A stretch of 64,000 bases of DNA from Lama glama (Eukaryota). Each line of letters opens with the position of its first letter. Position 1 is the stretch's first letter. The translations under genes and the position numbers were made by a program. The stretch covers positions 38,566,001 through 38,630,000 of the forward strand of contig CM052816.1 in assembly GCA_028534125.1 (NCBI GenBank). The letters are read 5' to 3'. This document shows, in pieces, positions 54,999 through 64,000 of this stretch. The notes under the pieces are model-generated. The model did no database searches and was not told the origin of the DNA. It saw only the letters and a list, made by a program, of their open reading frames with translations.

Positions 54999-56044
54999 AA
55001 AACAACCAAAGGAAAACAAGTTTAAAAGTCTTCTGCCCTCCCACTACTTTTCCTGGAAAAACAGCCTATATGGAAAAAGATGCACAGCTTAACCTTGGAC
55101 AAGAATACCATTAATACATTGAATATCCATTTATATACCAAAGAGATATGTAGTTTCCTAAGCATTGAACTGAGCTGGTCGAAGCAAACTGAAGCCAAAT
55201 TACCTGACAGAATCTTCTGTGAACTGTCACATCTATCATATCCTGCCTTCATAGATAGCTGGATGATTCATTAGTTTGCAGAAAACAGAATATTCCAACG
55301 TTATCATTAAATAGTGATGATGTTCATAATAAGAGAGAATAGCACACACAGACACACACATTTTAATTCAGATAATTAAATTATTTACTTTTCCTGAGAT
55401 TCAATCCAAGAATCATAGTCTTCAAAAGTCCAAGAGCCAACTACTTTGAATAATTTCTGAATTATAAAAGAGAATCAATCCCATGTCTTGGTACATTCCA
55501 CTTCTCAGCCCGGAAACTTGCATATTGCTTTGCTGATCATATGCAATGAAAACAGCTACAGAACTGTGTCATAAAGGAATATACATGACTTTGTGAGCAT
55601 ATTATTGGGCATATTGAATAAGAGCGTGACAGTGATTGATAACACAATCATCTGAGATCTACTTAATGGAGAATAAGGTTGAAAAGAGAAAACAGAAGGC
55701 AAATTCTCAGTAAAACTGGAGTGAGCTGGGAAGTCTGGCCTGTGACTCTATCACAATTAAGTGTTTACTGCCATTAACCAACTGATCTTAAATGGGGAAC
55801 AGTCCAGTCAATTAAGTCATTTGGCCTGGTCCTATGGGAATATGAATAAATTCTTTGAAAATCAGGTGCTTGATAACTGATTGGTTCACAATATTATTCA
55901 TAAAAGGGGGCACTTTTTAGATATCATGACACATAACAGAAAGAGGTTGGTGGTCTCATATCATTTGTTAGTCAAATGTTCTTAAAAAAATTACTGTCAG
56001 TGTGTCTTTTGATAGGTATTATGCCAGTTCTGTTACGAGATAAT

Positions 56045-56280
56045 TATAAAAACAATAACAACACAATAAACTACATTGAGTACTTACATACAAGCACTAT
56101 GCTAAACAATTTACATGAAATTCTACCACTTAACCATCACAATCATATGACATGTACACCACTATTAGACCCACTTTATAGAGGAGGAAATTGAGATTTA
56201 GACATCACCGTGTCCAAGATCATAAAACTTATAAGTAATGAGGCTGGGGTTTGAACCCAGATGTGCAGAGCTGAGACTAT
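56045..56280 (-). mobile_element. MIR SINE
   Basis: 'cccactttatagaggaggaaattgagatttaga...gctggggtttgaacccag'. Confidence 0.8.
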
Positions 56281-56641
56281 AAAGTACATTTTACCTGGGA
56301 ATGTAACTCAAGGATGATGAATGTATCACAGAAACTAACTCCAATATATCAGGGGGAAAATGGAAAACATACCACAAACAAAACACAGGAAACTGTCACT
56401 TTATAAATTAAAAATTAGTTTCCTAAGTACCAATGAATTAAATGGCAACGCTATGATTGTTTTATACCCATAATTCTAACAAAAATTGTTAGGCAGATTC
56501 AATTGTATACAATATATTCTTCCTAATAAAGCCTTGGGTGTATTTCTTTTATGATGAGAATATTTTTCACACTTATGTGGGAAAAGCAAGTTAAAAGTCA
56601 AATTGGACCAAATTATAACATTCATGAATATGCAATGCCCT

Positions 56642-57319
56642 TGTGGTGATTTTAAATTATGCCTATTTTTTTTTGACATTACTCCCTTTGAAAGGTGGAG
56701 CTTTCTAGTCAATATCTTATAATAACCTATAATGGAAAATATTCTGAAAATATATATATAACTGAATCACTTTGCTATACACCTGAAACTGACACAATAT
56801 TATAAATTAACTATAAAACTAAACAAGAAAAAAGGTGGAGACTAATTGCCTGCCCTTGAATATGAGCTGGACTTAGTGTCTAACTTCTAACAAGTGAAAT
56901 GAAATTAACAAATTAACAAATAAATATGGCAGAAGTGACGGAGTATGACTTCCATTTCTAGGGCATAACAGGTATTTTTCTCTCCTTCTCTCTCCCTCCT
57001 ACTTGACTCTCTCTGAAAGCCAACTATCATATAAGGAGGAAGCAACTTCGACAGCCCTGTGGAATGGCAAAGAACCGAGGCCTCCTGCAAGGAGCCAGAA
57101 CAACGTTGCCAGACAGGCGAGTAACACACCCAGGATGCACACTCATCGGTCCCAGTCAAGCCTGCACCATAACTGTAATTTGATGAAAAACCCTTAGCCA
57201 GAACCACCTAGCTAAATTGCTCCCAAATCTCTGACCAACAGAAATTATGTAAGACGTTTACTGATTTTAGCTGCTAAGTTTTAGGGAAATTTGTTGTAAA
57301 GTAACATATAGCTACTACA
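56642..57319 (+). mobile_element. MLT1E/F MaLR solo LTR containing an L1 insertion
   Basis: 'tgtggtga' start, 'cccttgaatatgagctggacttagtg', 'agccagaaccacctagctaa', 'ctaagttttaggg'. Confidence 0.85.
56701..56830 (+). mobile_element. Extremely 5'-truncated L1 3' end with 10-bp TSD
   Basis: TSD aaaggtggag at 56691-56700 and 56831-56840; 'ataactgaatcactttgctatacacctgaaact'. Confidence 0.9.
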
Positions 57320-57859
57320 ATGATACTGTCTACATGGCCAGTGCAGTGTGACATTGTAGCAGGTGGCAGTATTGTCTCTCTCTCTGTGCATCAGTGATCC
57401 TCGCTGTGCCTCTGTTCCCCTCATCAATAAAGTGAAGAAAATATATATACCCCCAGAGTTGTAAGTATTCAATGAGATAGTTCACAAATACTTATTAGAG
57501 GAGTTCCTAACAGAGTAAGCCATAAATAAAACTTAGCCATTATTATTATTGTTGATACATTTCTCTCTTGTCTTTGGAGTCTGAATGCAACAATGGCATC
57601 ATGGAAGAAAGGAAAGTTTAACTATCTACCCACTAGTCTTGGCTCTGCTTCTTGATTACACTCCCTTTTTTCATCTCTGCAGCTCATATTTTTCATCTTT
57701 ACATAAGAGGTGGTAAAAGAATACGAAGTGATTGTGACATTTCTTCTATTACATGTTACTTCTTAAAACTTTTCCCAATTGGGCAGTTAAACACTTGGCA
57801 TATATGAAAAGTTTGGAAGAGCAGAAGAACACAGAATAAACTTTGAATTGTTAAAAACC

Positions 57860-58585
57860 TAAGGTGTAGGAAGCTTCAAGAACATAAAGAATATAGAAGG
57901 TAAAAGTAAAGTTTCTATTTCCATTAAGAGGAGAAGCAAAGATAGATTAGACATTGATGTGCGCCTAAGAAAGATGCCTGTGCACCAACCACGCGCTTTA
58001 ATGTGGACCAGCCATACAGAATGGGAAAAACAATCCCAAAGAGTTGTAGGGAAGTCCAGATTACAGAGGAACCACCTCACTTCCCAGTAGAGCCCAGAGA
58101 GGTGGAGAGGCTTCAGAATTTCCCTGGACGTCACACATGACACCGGAGCAGAGGCTGCATGGTGGGTTTAGGACAATCCGCCTCAGACAACCTCGTAGTT
58201 TCTGCTACGCAGCAGGATGATGTAGGAAGACAACAAATACAGAATGGGGACTCAGCAGACCTTAAGAGACCTATAAGCCAAAATCAAGACATAGCACAGG
58301 GACAGCAATGATCTAAAAAAAAAAAAATGCAAAGACCAAGGACCCAATGAGGTGATATACAGCTCAGCAGATACCACGCATCAAAGGATGCTCCAGTGTC
58401 AACACGTTGCCTGGACTCTTCAAAACCCCCTAGAACTCAGACTCACTTCAGGCAAGAGGTGAAAACTGCATTGACTTAGATTTTCTATTACTCAGTAAAA
58501 AGGAGGCTTAAGGTAGGTTAAAATAAGTAATAAAAAGCCAAGTTACATTTCCAGCATAACTGATTTTGTACACTGAAATTTTACA
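57860..58585 (+). mobile_element. Possible ancient Gypsy-type LTR (MamGypLTR/LTR87-88-like)
   Basis: GC-richer block ending with AATAAA and 'gttacattt...ctgaaattttaca'; resemblance only. Confidence 0.35.
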
Positions 58586-58949
58586 TCAGACTAAATGGCA
58601 TAAAATGACTTCTAACCTTCATTTAAACACTTCCGTCCTCTCACACATCTCAGAATATAAGCCACCTTTTGTTAGTCTTTATTCTAACTACTCAAAGTTC
58701 AGATTCCCTCAAATTCCTTGAAACTACTAGTCTCCCCTTCAGTTAAATCCCCTCTTTAGCAAGACTCTAAAAATATACTGATTTAAATAGCCTTTTGACT
58801 ACTACTGCCACAACCTTATACTCATGTTTCTTTTTATTAAAAGTCTGACGTGTTATTTGAAGGGACCAGGAATACTATTTACATGAAGCATGGAAAATGA
58901 TGGCAGAAAAAGAGAGACTAGGTTTTATACTTTCCTCTACCCCCAGGGG

Positions 58950-59140
58950 GCCTAGCATGGTTCCTAGCTCTACCACTCACCAACTGTGTAATTTAAGGCA
59001 AATTAGTGACCTCTCTGAACTTCAGTTATTTCCTCTGTAAAATCAAGGCAACGAATTGGTTCTCGTGACAATCCAATGAGATGCCATACGTAAAATTACT
59101 GTATGCTCTCCGATTTAGTTATTTAATAAATGGAAGCTAT
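58950..59140 (+). mobile_element. MIR SINE
   Basis: 'cctagctctaccactcaccaactgtgt...ctctctgaacttcagtt..ctgtaaaat'. Confidence 0.75.
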
Positions 59141-61230
59141 TTTTGAGCTAACACAAAGGTCTGGATGGTCAAATCAGACACATGAATCAGAGATTTTACC
59201 TAGAGTCAAGAGGCAAAGGTGAAGCAGGGAGAGCTCTGCGATACCCCACATGGCTCTAGAAGCCCTTCCTTTCCATATCCCACAAACGTTCTGGTCCACA
59301 GTAATAGCTGAGATCCCAGAGAGGATGTGTCATGAATCCACAGATTCTAGATCTGTCTGTCTTTGGCAATCCTAAAACAAAGACATCATACTACTACCAT
59401 TCCATGGATAAGGACTCCTGCTAGCAGTGTCAGGAGGAAAGTTACCAGCATTTTACAATGATGTTTACACCGGACTCCTTTCTCTGGGAGCAAATCAACT
59501 AGTCTGGTATTCTGGTAAATAATCACCAGGAGAAAAATGGGTTACAGGCTACTGGTTTTAATCCTTCCCATTTTGTACTATCCTAGTCAGTGATTACTGA
59601 ATCAATGTTGAATTAATGTTCAAACTTTATGCAGCCATAAAGTGATCTGTGACTGGAGCCCCTGACTATTCAGTCCAAATGAATCCTTCTTCGTATCTGG
59701 AGTCCTTCTCTCCTTCCTTCTCTGCAAATAATTATGAAGGTTTGGGGTTTTTCTCTCTGAAAATATGTTTAGGAAAATATTTATAACAATCTCACACACA
59801 CATACACAATGACTATTTTCCTTGTGAGCTTTAAGATATATGTTATTCATTCTTTTGCTGTGTCATATCTAAATCCAGTTTTGCTGCATAAATGTAAACA
59901 ACTATGGGTTTATGAAAGTATATAATTACTACACATTTAATGGTGAAAGAAAAAAGTGGGATTGAGGAGAAGCCATGTAAAGAAACTCATGGGAGAGACA
60001 AACTTTGAATTGTTGTTTTATGTTAATAAGGCATCAAAAGATCTGATTTTTAACAAAATCTTCCTTAGAGTAGAGAGATTTGTTCACTTCATTCAGCTCA
60101 AGTCTCTTCCCCTTGGTGGTTTGAGTGGCTCTGATGGCCCTTTAGTGTTCATGTAATGATGCCAGAGAGGAGCGTGTGTCTGAAAATGAGTACATTTCCA
60201 CCCGAGGACTTTCAAAGTACCTTTTTTCAAAAATATATTTTTAAAGTATTTTTTCTAAAGTTTTAATGAATTTTCATTACCTTTGTTTGCCCCTGGAATA
60301 GTCTTTTTTTATAAAGTATGCTAATTTCTCTCCCCTAAAAAATGTCACCCAATTATACAGTTAAGCATTTGTCCAAAAGGAAAAAAAAAAAAATCCTGAG
60401 TACTGAACATCATTATAAATCATCTTAGCTTCTTTTCTGTCCTCAGGCATCAAAAACGCAAATGGGAAAAGTCTCACTAGTTCACAGACATCTCTCACTA
60501 GTGGCATGTTATCAAATATTGTGGCAAAGAAAATGGTTAGATATCCACAGGGTTTGCAAATCCAGGCATTCCCCAAACATATTCTAACAACAACAACAAC
60601 AAAAATACAAATACCAAAGAACTCTTCTATACTTGAAATATTTTCTAAACAATTCTTATTTTCATTCATAGTCATGAATTTCACCCAGGGTAGAAGTCAG
60701 AGCCCTAGAGATCAATCAGTTCACGGCTATTAAGAAGACAAACCTCCTAACAAAAAAGAAAACTAACCCAAAGAAAAATTCAATGCCTCCAAATTTGGCA
60801 TTCATTTTTACTTCCTGTTCTACTCCTCTCATTTCATCTTTTCTCTGCTTCCACTGTAAATTATTTCTAGGAAGCAAAGGAGACATTATTGGATTGTTTT
60901 TTCTTTAAAAAAAAAAAAACAACGGATCCTTAATTATGAGAGCTAGCTAGGCTGGAACACATTGTCCACATATGTACAAATTCTTGTGTTCAGCACAGTG
61001 TGTACTTCTCTTATCTTCACAAAGGTGTGCATTTTCCCTGACTCTTTAGGCTCTAATAATAGAGAGACGGGAGGACAGGATATGCAAACAATTATATGGA
61101 AATATATCCCAAGGGTTCTTTATCAGTCTTAACTATGTGTCATTTACTAAAAGAATAAAAGCAATGCATAATAAATCTTTGTTGCTTATCCAGATTGTCT
61201 ACGATGAAAAAGTTAATATAAATTACAATT

Positions 61231-61354
61231 GGGGGCGGGGGGTAATTAGTTTTGTTTGTTTGTTTGTTTGTTTATTTAATGGAGGTACTGGGGATTGAAC
61301 CCAGGACCTCATGCATGTTAGGCCTGCACTCTACCCCTGAGATATACCCTCCCC
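61231..61354 (-). mobile_element. Camelid tRNA-derived SINE (Vic-1-type)
   Basis: Minus strand reads GGGGAGGGTATATCTCAGGGGTAGAG...CCTGGGTTCAATCCCCAGTACCTCC (Pol III A/B boxes), then (AAAC)n and TAATTACCCCCC. Degenerate TSD taaatta. Confidence 0.9.
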
Positions 61355-61616
61355 ACTAAATTATATTTTTTAAATCATTTGTTTAAAATTCTATGTTTGT
61401 ACACTTTGAAAGCATAGAACTACAAGGAATAGAAGCTAGCTACTATGAGAATAATAAATGGGGGTGAGTTATGTAGAAAATCTAGAAGAGAATTAATAGA
61501 AGTACACAGAAGTAAAGGAAAAATAATTTCCCAGGGTTTTTAAACAGATTAAAATATTGCATATACTATCTTTGCACAAAACTTTAAAAAATCTAACTGC
61601 TGACAAGATACCTTAC

Positions 61617-61651
61617 CTGGTCTAACAGTTTTCATTACTTTCTTTTTCTTC
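61617..61651 (-). other. Candidate 35-nt alternative microexon of an unidentified gene
   Basis: 'tgttctactag|GAAGAAAAAGAAAGTAATGAAAACTGTTAGACCAG|gtaagg': strong donor, purine-rich body, upstream CTACTAAT x3 and GCATG. Confidence 0.6.
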
Positions 61652-61685
61652 CTAGTAGAACAGTAGCATGCCTCGTGGTGATCGT

Positions 61686-61719
61686 ATTAGTAGATTATTA
61701 GTAGTAGTTACATTAGTAG
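61686..61719 (-). promoter_or_regulatory. Cluster of three QKI/branch-point-type CTACTAAT motifs
   Basis: Plus-strand attagtag at 61686-93, 61697-704 and 61712-719, 35-68 nt upstream of the 3' splice site. Confidence 0.6.
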
Positions 61720-63121
61720 GACAAAATACAGCTTCAATATTGATGGGCTAACTTTTGATTTTCGTAATGTTATTCATTTACTTTTCCGTGTACTGTTTCA
61801 TTTCAGGTCAGGCAAATATCTTCCTAAATCTAGACTTATGGGCCCTTTTAATCAGCAAAATAATCTATTATATAAATAAATGCATTAAATATACCACCTA
61901 GTTCACATTTAGTGGATGATTTAAACTAGAGATAAGACACTATCTTGTTACATGTTTGTGTGCGTATTATTTTCGTCTTTTGATATCTGTTATTCTTTAG
62001 AAATGCACTTATTGGGGTAATGTACTGAAAACATCTCCCAAAAGTGAGTTTTGACAAGAGATTTGGGAAAGAACAGGGGGCCTTCTTGCCAGATTGCAGG
62101 TGCAAGGAAGAAGGGCCAAAGTTAGGTCAGAGTCAGGGGAAGTAGGAGGCAGGTGTGAGAGACAGGACAGCAGCAAAAAGCTCACTAGGAGGAAAGGGAT
62201 AGACATGGAAACAAAGAGAGGAAGCAGGTGTCAAGAGAGCGTCGTCAGTAAGAGTGAGTGCCTGCTGGGAGACATCTGCAGAAAACATCTGCAGATACTT
62301 CTCCATGACTGCCAGGAAGGAAGATCCCTGCCACAGAGACACACAAAAGGCTTAACGACCTGTGGTATGTGGTTGAAGGGTATGCACAATGCTCAGTGCA
62401 CCAGCCTCCAGTTACTCTGTGACAACACCAGTTCCACATCCCCACCACTTCCCTCCCTCGTGGAAAACATTTGTTAAAGCATTTAGTATTGATCAAAACA
62501 TAAGGAAATTCTTTGATTCATCTCCTTCGCCAAAACAAGCCGGCCTTATTTCACCATCAGTTGTCTCAGAAAAAAAGAAAAAAAGATTCCTTCCAGAGGG
62601 AGACAGAAAATAGCTCTGATCCATTTATCAAGTAACTGTTTTGCTTTGCTTTTATACCCGAGGTTAGAAAAATTCTGCCAACGCTGCCCTGTCAGACTGG
62701 CATTGAATCCAACAGTAGGTATGACAAAGGTACTAGTGGCTGGAATGGTTCACTGTCTAAAGTGCTACTACCGATGATGGCACCAGCCACCTGGAAGACT
62801 GAACAAGTCATTAGAAGATCAACTGTGGAAAGGACACCCCGCCCTGCTTTGTTCCCCTTGAACATCTGATCCTTCCCGTGTTCCACATTACCCCACTTAC
62901 AGCTCATTCAGGGCTAATGTAGCAGAGAAGAAATGTGGGGAAGTCAGAGACAGAGAGAGAAATCTTTCAAAAAAACATTCTCTATCCTGATAAGTGGAGT
63001 TCATAGTTTTGAAAAAGAAAAACATGACACAGATTTCTGTGTACATATGACTACCCTTGGCCTATTCAAGTCATTCAGTCAAATACAAATCGCTCCTCAG
63101 GGACTGAGTGCTTTTGGTGGG

Positions 63122-63258
63122 TCAATCACAGGTACGTCTGTGTGGATGGGCTGCTATATAGAGCCAGGGTCTCCGGGTCATTGATGAGCCAGATGCTGCC
63201 AATGGTGCCACTACCGGGCTACCGCTTCTGAGAGCTGGTGTTTTTGAAGTGAATACAG
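63122..63258 (-). other. Candidate alternative last coding exon
   Basis: Acceptor 'ggttgcatgcttctttcag|CTGTA' with TGCATG in the tract. The phase-1 frame reads xVFTSKTPALRSGSPVVAPLAASGSSMTRRPWLYIAAHPHRRTCD*. Locally GC/CpG-richer, non-repetitive. Confidence 0.4.
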
Positions 63259-64000
63259 CTGAAAGAAGCATGCAACCACAGAAAACATAATGGAGCCCAT
63301 AAGAGGCCTGGGCAAAAAAATGTGCGCATACAATTTGTCTGATTGTTAGGCTTTCCAACCAGTTTCAGAAGTCTGCATTGTCTTGATAGTGACTTGCTGG
63401 GCAGTGCTGGAAAGTCACCAGACTTTCGGTGCTACTTAGTTTTTCAATCTATAAAACAAGCTAATAAAAGCAATTTGATAAAGAATAGTGTTCCATATAA
63501 GCAGGTGTCCTTGAAACCATTCACTTTATTTAAGAGATCAAATAGATTAGCTTCCTATTGACAGCTTCACATGCCATCACAGGAAGTATCTATGAAGGAC
63601 AACAGTCAAATACCTCGGGCATTCATAAAACCAAAATTTAGAGTTAGTTGGAATTTGAGGAAGCCTCTTCTCTTTGCCCTTGGTTAGGCCCTCAAAATAC
63701 AGAAAATCAAGTATTCTAAGCCCTTAGACAAACAAAAGAATCAAATTCCCCTTTCTACACACAGGCAAAACTAGTCACAAAAAAGGTGAATTCAACTGTA
63801 ACTAAGAATTGAGTCAAAAATTGAGGTCAATAGAAAAGAAAACCTCAAATGCTGACCCATAAGTAATTCAACCAAATACACCTTCCACTCAAACCACTTT
63901 GGACTCAATGTATAAGTATCTGGGAAATACAAGAAAAGAAGAAAGTTTTTTTTCTTAAAAAAAAAAATAAAAGAAAGAAAGACGAAACAAGACCAAGAAG

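Noticed and set aside
61270..61354. tRNA-like sequence with A and B boxes
   Set aside because: SINE head with a simple-repeat tail and no proper acceptor stem.
62094..62477. 127-aa plus-strand ORF
   Set aside because: Non-ATG start, no domain similarity, purine-rich composition; likely chance or repeat-derived.
1..64000. CRISPR array, operon or prokaryotic defence system
   Set aside because: No regularly spaced repeats or gene-dense ORFs; the sequence is mammalian and repeat-rich.

Overview
AT-rich, CpG-depleted mammalian genomic DNA, almost certainly camelid: it carries a tRNA-derived Vic-1-type SINE at 61231-61354 and cetartiodactyl-type L1 3' UTRs. There is one 500-N assembly gap. A large part of the window is recognisable transposable-element debris (L1, HAL1, L2, MIR, MaLR/ERVL/ERV1 solo LTRs, hAT MITEs). 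Subfamily names are from memory of consensus motifs and need RepeatMasker confirmation. No ORF in the track is a recognisable intact cellular gene; the only protein-like ORFs are L1 ORF2 fragments. Several signals suggest the window is the 3' part of a large minus-strand gene that I cannot name. These are a 35-nt candidate microexon (61617-61651) with three QKI-type CTACTAAT motifs and a GCATG upstream, candidate alternative last exons near 63258 and 22016, and a plus-strand bias of LTRs and A-runs. The most striking structural oddity is a ~247-bp, ~92-93% identical inverted duplication (5818-6064 / 6755-7000) around a truncated MLT2 LTR, with template-switch signatures. The window also has several informative L1 structural variants: one with intact ends but internal deletions, one twin-primed, and one with an EN-to-C-terminus deletion. 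I found no CRISPR, rRNA, tRNA gene or prokaryote-type system.
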